From Chitinophagales bacterium (lineage in GTDB: Bacteria > Bacteroidota > Bacteroidia > Chitinophagales > Chitinophagaceae), in assembly GCA_038247635.1 (NCBI GenBank), contig JBBRUR010000005.1, forward strand, positions 6,723-70,722: a stretch of DNA of 64,000 bases, read 5' to 3'. Of the stretch, positions 10,016 through 17,580 are shown piece by piece. Numbering within the stretch: the stretch's first letter is position 1; every line of letters begins with the position of its first letter. The position numbers and the translations under genes are program-made. The notes beneath the pieces were generated by a model. It was given only the letters and a program-made list of their open reading frames with translations, was not told the DNA's origin and searched no databases.

Positions 10016-10288
10016 AGCAATTGTTGAAGTATCCACCATTTGGGAATAGACAAATGACGTTTGGTGAGAGAAACAAGCCGATAAATATTATTGGTTGCTG
10101 CTTTACTTTTGCCGGAATCTAGTCAACAATCAGCTTTAAGGAAACGGTATCCTTAAATGGACCCCAAAATTTTAGGCATTAACGGATGAAAACATATCAT
10201 TTTTTGCAGAAGAATAAAAAATGAACACATGGAAGTTGTAAGAACATAACATAGCAGAATGGACTTAAAAAATCGCCTGACCGAATAA
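9990..10288 (+). pseudogene. parE: ParE/RelE-family toxin, decayed (multiple in-frame stops plus a frameshift)
   Basis: Hand translation from ATG 9990 gives MATYILANKAIVEVSTIWE*TNDVW*EKQADKYYWLLLYFCRNLVNNQL*GNGILKWTPKF*ALTDENISFFAEE*... It then shifts frame to ..RIKNEHMEVVRT*HSRMDLKNRLTE*. The SxIWxYT..W.EKQADKYY and HxRMDLKNR motifs are ParE hallmarks. I count at least 5 premature stops and at least 1 frameshift. Confidence 0.8.
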
Positions 10289-10335
10289 AGCGCTTACTTG
10301 CTAACCCAGCCGGGTTTCCCCACGTATATGTCGTG

Positions 10336-10559
10336 TACCAGCCACAATGCACCACTGACTATTGATTATTAACTACCCAACATTGACTATTCACGATACT
10401 CACCAGTCACTCTTAACTATTCACTCACTATTTACTCCTCACCATGCACCAGTAACCTTTTCACCCACTCACCACTCGCTACCCTACTCACTCACCACTC
10501 ACAACTCACAACCCACTACTCACAATGCACTACACACTATTCACAACTTACTACTGACG
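10336..10559. repeat. G-depleted (on + strand) low-complexity tract rich in CTCAC/ACTATTCAC motifs
   Basis: By hand count there are about a dozen G in about 220 nt. Recurring motifs are CACAATGCAC, TGACTATT, CACTCACCACTC and ACTCACAACTCACAAC. It starts right at the stop codon of the J-domain gene. Confidence 0.7.
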
Positions 10560-11750
10560 CTAAAATGCCCTAAAGAAACTAAAATCATCATCCTCCTCAA
10601 TTTCTTGTAGGAATTTATAGTCTTTAATCATTTTTTTTACATGAGCAAGACCCTTTTCCCTCGCCTGCTTTATACCATTAAAATTAAAAAGAGCGAAGTT
10701 CAACTTATCCGAAATTTCTGACTGAACGTTTTTAATAGAAAGGCTCCTAACGTAAAAAGGTTCTTCTACCAGTTTATGCAACGCATAATATTTTGGATGC
10801 TCATAAACAGCTTCTATTTCATGCGTTAGCTTATAAACCTGCTCCCGCAAAACCTCGTTATAGATTTTCAATTTTTCGTCGGTCAAAGAATCGCGGTTTT
10901 TTTCTTCTTTATGAATAAAAGCCAGTTCAAGGCTTAGCAAAGTATGCAGGTCATTTTTATTATAAGCCGATGTTAACTGTTTCATCAATTCCTCCTTTTC
11001 CTGTTTTAAATCGGGGTTTTGCTCCAAATCGGGATGAAAAATTTTAGCCAGTTGTTTATAAATACTGCTGATATTTTTAGTGCGCGCCTCCTTAAGTTGC
11101 TTCTCTTTCGCTTCCTGTGCCAGTTCCTTTTTACTCTTTTTTCTATGCTTATCCTTATGCGCTCTTTCCTCTTCTTCCCTATTAAACTTCTCCCTCATTT
11201 CAGCTGTCTTTTTTATCACCTCTTCTTCTGTCATATCAACCTTTAAATCATCAAGGTCAATATCAAAGCCACTCATTTTAAAAAGATCGCTAAAGTTCTC
11301 CTTCATTTCATCAAACGAATCCCGTTTAAATTCATCGTACGACTGACCTTCTACCGCTTCAAATATTTCCTTCAGTTCTGCAGTTGGCTCTGCGCTGTTT
11401 AAATCAAAAATATCATCCAACAACTTGGAAATCAAGCCTTCTAATAAACTGCGTTGGTTTTTGGTTAAGGTTTTTTGATTGTTATAATGCCAATAAAGCA
11501 CTCGAACCGTTTCTGTAGTACACTGTAAAAAACTGGCTTCCAACGGAATAATATCCCTTACATAACCAGCCAATTTCCGATCCATTTTTACATTCGTCTG
11601 CAATAGCTTAGCCTGTAATTTGCCAATGGTTGTAACCAGTGTATTAAAAGCCTGTTGCTGTTTTCCAATTATTGCATGCTCCCCAGCCTGTATAATCAGC
11701 GCCGAACCGTTTAATGGATTGCTGTTTTTATTATTTTTCGTATTAGCCAT
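10560..11750 (-). CDS. J-domain-containing protein (central J domain, K/E-rich coiled coil)
   Basis: The HPD tripeptide lies in IYKQLAKIFHPDLEQNPDLKQEKEELMKQLTSAYNKNDLHTLLSLE (J-domain helix II-loop-helix III). It is preceded by the charged stretch REEEERAHKDKHRKKSKKELAQEAKEKQLKEARTK. This is a clean 396-aa ORF. Confidence 0.7.
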   Translation of the reverse strand: MANTKNNKNSNPLNGSALIIQAGEHAIIGKQQQAFNTLVTTIGKLQAKLLQTNVKMDRKLAGYVRDIIPLEASFLQCTTETVRVLYWHYNNQKTLTKNQRSLLEGLISKLLDDIFDLNSAEPTAELKEIFEAVEGQSYDEFKRDSFDEMKENFSDLFKMSGFDIDLDDLKVDMTEEEVIKKTAEMREKFNREEEERAHKDKHRKKSKKELAQEAKEKQLKEARTKNISSIYKQLAKIFHPDLEQNPDLKQEKEELMKQLTSAYNKNDLHTLLSLELAFIHKEEKNRDSLTDEKLKIYNEVLREQVYKLTHEIEAVYEHPKYYALHKLVEEPFYVRSLSIKNVQSEISDKLNFALFNFNGIKQAREKGLAHVKKMIKDYKFLQEIEEDDDFSFFRAF

Positions 11751-11847
11751 AAATTAAATTTGAACGGGTACAGGTGTTTAGGTTGCAGGATTGCTTTTGG
11801 TAACACAAAATTAAAAAGCCCACTATTATCATTACGCAAAGCATTTA

Positions 11848-12042
11848 CTATAAATTTTGTAAAATATTGTAATGCTCCACCTTCCTTAAACGACCTGCGA
11901 GCCCATACTTAGTGTTAAAAATTTCATGCAAGTATATAGTAACCTCACGATATTTTTTAATGAAAAGCCAGGAATTTATTAACCAATAATTCAGACCTGC
12001 TTTTTCATACAACAGATCCTTTTCTATAGCAACAAAAAACAT
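11848..12042 (-). CDS. hypothetical small protein (weak call)
   Basis: A 64-aa ORF just upstream of, and co-oriented with, the J-domain gene. It has no recognisable motif and could be a gene remnant or noise. Confidence 0.25.
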   Translation of the reverse strand: MFFVAIEKDLLYEKAGLNYWLINSWLFIKKYREVTIYLHEIFNTKYGLAGRLRKVEHYNILQNL

Positions 12043-12255
12043 TTGTTTAAAATTTGTTTTGTAAACCTACCATTCCGGCATATTGATATACTGGTGGCAG
12101 GCAATAAATCGGGAACTTTTTCCGCAATACCGCAAACCATTCGTAGCGGATGCAAAACCGAAGTCGACACATGTGGTATTATTCCAACACGGATTAGTCG
12201 GTCAAAAATTAACCTTCAAAACGCCGGCTATATTAATTAAGTTTCAAATTGTTGT

Positions 12256-12806
12256 CCCCTTCACCTTGCACGTTTCACACTTTTCATCATTCATCATTAA
12301 CCTTTTACGTTATTTCACAAAATTCACAATCTACCTTTCACGTTTATTACCGTTTACCATTGGCTTTGGCTTCGCTAAGCCTCCAATGCGTCTCTCCGCC
12401 TACTACAAATACCTCACAGCTCACCATTAACCTTTTACGTTTCACGCATTTACTTCTAACCATTCACCTTTCACGTTTCACGTCTGTCAATTAATCTTTC
12501 CCCACTCACTACCAACAACTCACTGCTCACCATTAACCTTTCACGTTTCACGCATTTACTTTTGGCCATTCACCTTTCACGTTTCACGTCCATCAATTGA
12601 TCGTTCCCCACTCACTACCAACAACTCACTTCTCACCATTGACATTTCACGTTTTACGCATTCACTATTGACCAATAACCTTTCACGTTTCACGTGTATC
12701 AATTGGGCTACCCCCACTCATTACCAACAACTCATTACTCACCATTCACCTTTCACGTTTCACGCATCTACTATTGACAATTCACCTTTCACGTTTCCAC
12801 GCTTTT
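12256..12806. repeat. 106-bp tandem repeat array, G-depleted on + strand
   Basis: Full units at 12420-12525, 12526-12631 and 12632-12737. The anchor CCCCACTCA recurs with A at 12504/12610/12716. There is a truncated 4th unit at 12738-~12806 and a diverged older copy at ~12256-12419. Each unit has two CCATTNACCTTTCACGTTTCACG motifs. Confidence 0.9.
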
Positions 12807-12838
12807 TTAATTTTTACTTTTTAATTTTTACTTTTTAC

Positions 12839-13270
12839 TTAACTACTATGATCCACCACTACCACCCATATGCCATTTATCTTTTTAAATAGCAGCGTAA
12901 AATATCCCTCGGCATTGCCAATCGTACGCTCCAGGTAAAACTTGCCTATCACAAAATAATACTGGTTTGATAGTCGGTTTAGTTTTAATTCGCTAAAACT
13001 TAATATGCCCATGGCCGCATTGGTAGGGTAGTTTTTCTTATAATTGTTTAGCGTTGTTTGGTAGCCATATTTGGGACCCGATGAGCCAATAAACAACAGG
13101 CTGTCGTTGTTCCAGTAACCCACCATAAAATTGTCTATATCGCCTTTGTTCCAAAAAGTTACCTGCTTAGCAAGTACATTGCGTATGCTATCCTGATCGG
13201 TATTTTGTGCTTTAACAATGCCACTTAAACAAATTATTATTAAGAGCGGAAGAATAATTTTTATTGTCAT
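12839..13270 (-). CDS. SnoaL-like / NTF2-fold (DUF4440-type) secreted protein
   Basis: Signal peptide MTIKIILPLLIIICLSGIVKAQ. The small alpha+beta cone pattern is IRNVLAKQVTFWNKGDIDNFMVGYWN...YFTLLFKKINGIWVVVVDHSS. Confidence 0.6.
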   Translation of the reverse strand: MTIKIILPLLIIICLSGIVKAQNTDQDSIRNVLAKQVTFWNKGDIDNFMVGYWNNDSLLFIGSSGPKYGYQTTLNNYKKNYPTNAAMGILSFSELKLNRLSNQYYFVIGKFYLERTIGNAEGYFTLLFKKINGIWVVVVDHSS

Positions 13271-13333
13271 AAATAGTATTTTTTGTACAATGTACGGTTA
13301 GCAACACTTGCGTCAAACTTTTATCTTAGTGTT

Positions 13334-13930
13334 ATGGAATACATGGCCCACCTCACAAAAGATAAAAAGCTGGCTACCATCATTACCCAACCTGTGGACC
13401 CGGTAAAGCTGCAAAAAAACATAGCCCTGCGCCTGATGGCGGCCATTATGAGCCAGCAGTTAAACACTAAGGTGGCACTGGTCATTTACAAACGATTTTT
13501 ACTGGTGTATAATGGCAACAATCCAACACCGGCGCAGGTATTGGCTACACCGCCGCATGTGTTGCGGGCCGTCGGCCTGTCAAACGCCAAAGTAGGCTAT
13601 GTGCAAAATGTTGCCCGCTTTTGTATCAAACAAAAAATTACCAACAAAAATCTGCTGAAAATGTCTAATTCCGAAATCATTGAACAGCTCACTGCCATAA
13701 AGGGCGTTGGCCGGTGGACGGTGGAAATGCTGCTGATGTTTAGCCTTGGCAGGGAAGATGTTTTTGCGGTAGATGACCTTAGTATTCAACAGGCAATAAT
13801 TAAGTTGTATAACCTCCAAACCCTGTCCAGGAAACAATTACAGGCAAAAATACTTACCGTTTCGCAAAAATGGAGCCCTTACCGTACCTACGCCTGTATA
13901 CACCTTTGGCGGTGGAAGGATTTGAAATAG
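13334..13930 (+). CDS. DNA-3-methyladenine glycosylase II-like (HhH-GPD family)
   Basis: ORF 13283..13930 trimmed to ATG 13334. The helix-hairpin-helix plus catalytic Asp region is LTAIKGVGRWTVEMLLMFSLGREDVFAVDDLSIQQ. Confidence 0.8.
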   Translation: MEYMAHLTKDKKLATIITQPVDPVKLQKNIALRLMAAIMSQQLNTKVALVIYKRFLLVYNGNNPTPAQVLATPPHVLRAVGLSNAKVGYVQNVARFCIKQKITNKNLLKMSNSEIIEQLTAIKGVGRWTVEMLLMFSLGREDVFAVDDLSIQQAIIKLYNLQTLSRKQLQAKILTVSQKWSPYRTYACIHLWRWKDLK

Positions 13931-14095
13931 TAGCTCGTTAATTAAACTGGTCATACCTTATTTTATTGGCAGCCCCAGCCTACTTATTGCCATCATTATT
14001 ACTTAATGTATAAAATTATCATTTTCAACATTGAGGCAATATTTTTGTTTCTTTATGTAAAACATATTTATTCAAACACTAAAAAAATTCATACT

Positions 14096-14701
14096 ATGGC
14101 ATTTACACTTCCCGCATTACCTTATGCACACGAGGCACTGGAACCGTATATCGATACTCAAACCATGCAAATACACCATGGCAAACATCACCAGGCTTAT
14201 GTTGATAATTTAAACAAAGCCGTGGCTGGTACCGATAACGAAAATAAAAGTATTGAAGAGCTGGTAGCCGCAGCAGGCAGCATTAGCCCCGCAGTGCGCA
14301 ATAACGGTGGTGGCCATTGGAACCACACTTTCTTTTTTGAAAGCCTTACGCCCGATGCTGGTAGTGAACCAATTGACGACCTTGCCAAAGCCATTGACGA
14401 TACTTTTGGTTCATTAAATGAGTTGAAAGAAAAAATGAACGCTGCTGGCGCAGGTCGCTTTGGCAGTGGATGGGCCTGGCTGATAATAAATGACGGTAAA
14501 CTGGAAGTTACCAGCACGCCCAACCAGGACAATCCTTTAATGGATGTGGCCGATGTAAAGGGCACCCCTTTGTTTGGTATTGATGTTTGGGAGCACGCCT
14601 ATTATCTTAAATATCAAAACAAACGCCCCGATTACCTAAAAGCTATTTGGAGCGTAGTAAACTGGAGTAAGGTTGGTGAGCGTTTTGCTGCCGCCAAATA
14701 A
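14096..14701 (+). CDS. sod: Fe/Mn superoxide dismutase
   Basis: ORF 14006..14701 trimmed to ATG 14096 ([20 protein letters not shown]). Metal-ligand motifs are [21 protein letters not shown] and DVWEHAYYL. Confidence 0.95.
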   Translation: MAFTLPALPYAHEALEPYIDTQTMQIHHGKHHQAYVDNLNKAVAGTDNENKSIEELVAAAGSISPAVRNNGGGHWNHTFFFESLTPDAGSEPIDDLAKAIDDTFGSLNELKEKMNAAGAGRFGSGWAWLIINDGKLEVTSTPNQDNPLMDVADVKGTPLFGIDVWEHAYYLKYQNKRPDYLKAIWSVVNWSKVGERFAAAK

Positions 14702-14732
14702 TTTGTTGTTACAACATAACTTTATAAATTAC

Positions 14733-14762
14733 AACCCTGGTAATAATGCCAGGGTTTTTTTA
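14733..14762 (+). terminator. intrinsic terminator after sod
   Basis: AACCCTGG-taataatg-CCAGGGTT followed by a T-run. Confidence 0.75.
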
Positions 14763-14772
14763 ATTTTAATAT

Positions 14773-15366
14773 ATGAAGCATTTAACTATTGTAATTGCCG
14801 CTTTAATACTGTTGGCATCGTGTACCAGCGAAGTACAAAAAAAAGTACTAATAATGGGTAAAGGCGATATAGTGGTAGCAGAAAAAAATGTAACCATGGT
14901 TAAGGGTTCGGGTTATGCCGAAAAAGAGTTGATTTTTACCGATAAGGAAGCTATAGTACTAAATGTGGAGACCGAAGATGGCAAAAAGGAATTTACCATA
15001 CCGGCCGAAATAGGCTATTATATTTTAAACTTAAAGAAAGATACGGTAGCAGGCAGTATACAAATATTTGGAAAAGACGTGTCCAATAACGCCGTTATAA
15101 CCCAGGAAGACCTGAAGTTGAAAATTGATAGTCTGGTTCAGATGGTGGCTGGAAAAAATATAAATAGTAAAACCAATTTTATGGTACTGCCCGGCCAACC
15201 CGGTAAAATAAGCAACAATATAAACGCTAAAGTTTTTGGTCCTTTTAGAAAAATACCTGCTACGCTTGAGGTAGCCGAAGACAGTAAGGAACCCGAAATT
15301 TATAAGTTTTATACTAATGCTGAACTGGTGGATTTAATAGCCAAATTAAAGAAGCTGACTATATAA
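14773..15366 (+). CDS. hypothetical lipoprotein
   Basis: Lipobox MKHLTIVIAALILLASC|TSE. No other motif recognised. Confidence 0.6.
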   Translation: MKHLTIVIAALILLASCTSEVQKKVLIMGKGDIVVAEKNVTMVKGSGYAEKELIFTDKEAIVLNVETEDGKKEFTIPAEIGYYILNLKKDTVAGSIQIFGKDVSNNAVITQEDLKLKIDSLVQMVAGKNINSKTNFMVLPGQPGKISNNINAKVFGPFRKIPATLEVAEDSKEPEIYKFYTNAELVDLIAKLKKLTI

Positions 15367-15400
15367 ACGTTGCAATTTTAATCTATATAAAAAAACGTAG

Positions 15401-15430
15401 GAAGTCTGCTTGTTGCAGGCTTCTTTTTGT
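15401..15430 (+). terminator. intrinsic terminator after the lipoprotein gene
   Basis: GAAGTCTGC-ttgtt-GCAGGCTTC (9 bp, one G:U) followed by TTTTTGTTTG. Confidence 0.7.
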
Positions 15431-15454
15431 TTGTGACTGCTGGCAAATAATTGC

Positions 15455-15685
15455 TCATGGTACCGGATCGTGTCCATGACCACCCCATGGATTGCAACGT
15501 GCTATACGTTTGGCGGCCAGCCAAAAGCCTTTAAATACCCCGTACTTTCTAAAGGCCTCTGCAGCGTAGGCGGAGCAGGTTGGGGTGTACCTGCACTGGG
15601 GTCCCAATATTGGCGATATAAAATGCTGATACAACTTTATCAACAATAAAAATGGGTAGCTTAATATTTTTGCAATTGTTTTCAA
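15455..15685 (-). CDS. yidD: membrane protein insertion efficiency factor YidD
   Basis: The signature [27 protein letters not shown], 76 aa, directly downstream of rnpA. Confidence 0.95.
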   Translation of the reverse strand: MKTIAKILSYPFLLLIKLYQHFISPILGPQCRYTPTCSAYAAEAFRKYGVFKGFWLAAKRIARCNPWGGHGHDPVP

Positions 15686-15692
15686 TAGTTAT

Positions 15693-16091
15693 TTATTGGG
15701 GCTGCCAAACCTGTTTAACTAATTTATTAAGCACGGCCGCCATAGCATTTTTTACAAGTTCGTAATTTGGTAACTCTTTTCCGGTATAAATAAAAAACAA
15801 CACCATTTGGCGGTTGCCCATTAAAAGTTTATCAAGCAACGGTTGTTTTTGTAAACGGTACGCTTCCCTCAGTAATCGTTTTACCCTGTTACGATCTACC
15901 GCCTTTTTAAAACTGCGTTTACTAACCGACACAGTAGCCTGCAATGGCACCACAGGGGAACCCGATAATCTGTACAACACTTTAACGGGAAACACATGCA
16001 ACGCCTTTCCATCAACAAAAAGCTGGTCTATCAACTTTGTGCTTTTAAGCTTTTGTGGCTTATTAAAGGTGTTGGGCGAAGAAGTACTCAA
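15693..16091 (-). CDS. rnpA: ribonuclease P protein component
   Basis: A basic 132-aa protein (KLKSTKLIDQLFVDGKALHVFPVKVLY...RNRVKRLLREAYR) in the rpmH-rnpA-yidD context. Confidence 0.9.
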   Translation of the reverse strand: MSTSSPNTFNKPQKLKSTKLIDQLFVDGKALHVFPVKVLYRLSGSPVVPLQATVSVSKRSFKKAVDRNRVKRLLREAYRLQKQPLLDKLLMGNRQMVLFFIYTGKELPNYELVKNAMAAVLNKLVKQVWQPQ

Positions 16092-16323
16092 CTCATAATT
16101 TTAAAATGCGTTCAATGAACTAAAATTATGCCTTTACCAGCTTCCAGGTTTTGATAGCCAATAATGCAACAGGTAAAATGCTTGCAACCTCTGCCCGGCT
16201 GGCCTTAAAAAACCATTTCGTTTGCCAGGCCCGCCATAATGAGGTTGGGGAACTGACATTTAAACCGGTAAGGATGTTTAATAATGTTACCTGCCTGCTG
16301 TCACAATAATATATACTTTCCAT

Positions 16324-16353
16324 AAAAAAGCCCCGCCTATTAATGACGGGGCT
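16324..16353 (-). terminator. intrinsic terminator after rpmH
   Basis: On the minus strand: GCCCCG-tcattaatagg-CGGGGC followed by TTTTTT (+ strand A-run 16324-16329). Confidence 0.7.
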
Positions 16354-16384
16354 AAATATGATAATCGAGATAAGTGCGGTAAGA

Positions 16385-16540
16385 TTACTTTAGTCTTTTT
16401 TCGTCTGAAACAGTCAGTTTCACACGACCTTTCTTACGACGACTTGCCAATACCTTGCGGCCATTTGCGCTTTCCATACGTTTACGAAATCCGTGAACGG
16501 TTTTGCGGCGCTTGGTGTGTGGTTGGAATGTACGTTTCAT
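16385..16540 (-). CDS. rpmH: 50S ribosomal protein L34
   Basis: Not in the ORF track (51 aa). Hand translation: [51 protein letters not shown], the canonical L34 sequence. Confidence 0.95.
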   Translation of the reverse strand: MKRTFQPHTKRRKTVHGFRKRMESANGRKVLASRRKKGRVKLTVSDEKRLK

Positions 16541-16680
16541 TGTGATGTTTTTTTACTAGCCCAAAAATATTGTTTCAGTCTTCGGCCGTATGTACCATTC
16601 ATACTGCCTTGGTGAAAGGACGGCAAAATTAAGAGAAACCAACCAAACAGGCAGTATTTTTTTTGATTTTTTAAACAATA

Positions 16681-17514
16681 TTAATAAGATAGATCAGTGT
16701 GCTGCGATTTAATAGGTTGACCATAAAAAACACTGGCATGATTATCAAAATCGACCGGTTGATCGGTTGTGTAAAACGAAACATTTGCACCCCGGCTACA
16801 GTTATTGTCAATATCTACGTGGCGAAGCAGGTAGTCCTGCAACCGTTCTGCCACAATATTACCCTGCGATACTATGGTGATATCTTTTTTTGCAAAGGCT
16901 CTGATTTTTTTTTCCAATAATGGATAGTGGGTGCATGCAAGCATTAGCGTATCAATTTCGCCGCTTTGATTATGAAGCTCCGCAAGATATTTTTTTACAA
17001 AAAAATCGGCACCGTCGGTTTCATATTCGTTATTTTCTACCAGGGGTACCCACATAGGGCAAGCCTGCTGGTATACCTGCACTTCGGGAAAAAATTTACC
17101 AATTTCTATGGGGTAGGAATTGGAAGCTACTGTACCCTGTGTTCCTAAAATTCCTATTTTTTTTGATTGAGAAAAGTTGCCAATTGCCTCCGTAGTGGGG
17201 CGTATTACACCAAGTACTCTCTTATTGGCAAACCCGTTGGGTAGGTTTTGTTGCTGTATCGATTGCAGTGCTTTGGCAGAAGCAGTATTGCAGGCAAGTA
17301 TTACCATGGGGCATCCTTTACTAAAAAACCATTGTACGCATTGCCAGGTGTACTGGTAAACAGTCTCAAACGACCGCGGCCCGTAGGGTGCCCGTGCATT
17401 ATCGCCCAGGTACAAGTAATCGTATTGCGGGCTCAACTTCACAATTTCTTTTAAAACCGTAAGCCCACCATACCCACTGTCAAACACGCCAATGGGCGAA
17501 TAGCTGTTGCTCAT
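16681..17514 (-). CDS. murI: glutamate racemase
   Basis: ORF trimmed to ATG 17514 (MSNSYSPIGVFDSGYGGLTV). Catalytic Cys motifs are LACNTASA and LACTHYP. Confidence 0.95.
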   Translation of the reverse strand: MSNSYSPIGVFDSGYGGLTVLKEIVKLSPQYDYLYLGDNARAPYGPRSFETVYQYTWQCVQWFFSKGCPMVILACNTASAKALQSIQQQNLPNGFANKRVLGVIRPTTEAIGNFSQSKKIGILGTQGTVASNSYPIEIGKFFPEVQVYQQACPMWVPLVENNEYETDGADFFVKKYLAELHNQSGEIDTLMLACTHYPLLEKKIRAFAKKDITIVSQGNIVAERLQDYLLRHVDIDNNCSRGANVSFYTTDQPVDFDNHASVFYGQPIKSQHTDLSY

Positions 17515-17580
17515 ATTGTAAAAATAAAAAAACCATACGTAGTGCATGGTTCTTTTATAAATAAATAATATATGGTAAAA

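Noticed and set aside
10362-10610. 82-aa + strand ORF (MIINYPTLTIHDTHQSLL...)
   Set aside because: This is the same compositional artefact in the left G-depleted tract, and its 3' end overlaps the well-supported minus-strand J-domain gene.
12256-12806. CRISPR array interpretation of the regularly spaced 23-nt motifs
   Set aside because: The sequences between the motifs are themselves repeated from unit to unit, so there are no unique spacers. The spacing alternates at about 36 and 70 nt, the motif has no palindromic core, and no cas genes occur anywhere in the window.
10336-12806. G-quadruplex formation on the G-rich minus strand of the two repeat tracts
   Set aside because: The G residues are mostly isolated or in GG/GTG contexts. 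Runs of three or more G occur only about once per 106-nt unit, so a canonical four-run G4 is not supported.
9103-12838. Classical mobile element or genomic island (IS, integrase, tRNA-associated att sites)
   Set aside because: I recognised no transposase, integrase or recombinase motif in any frame, no terminal inverted repeats bounding the interval and no tRNA gene. I describe it only as accessory-looking.
12083-12892. Plus-strand ORFs from the track (12083..12430, 12249..12494, 12668..12892) encoding odd H/T/F/L-rich peptides
   Set aside because: They lie entirely within the G-depleted repeat DNA, where + strand stop codons (TAG/TGA/TAA) are rare by composition. The 106-nt period is not a multiple of 3, so successive units are read in different frames. 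They have no start context and no recognisable fold.
16126-16323. 65-aa minus-strand ORF between rpmH and rnpA
   Set aside because: It has no recognisable motif and starts inside the rpmH terminator U-tract. It is most likely spacer DNA, so I keep it as a low-probability possibility and not as a feature.
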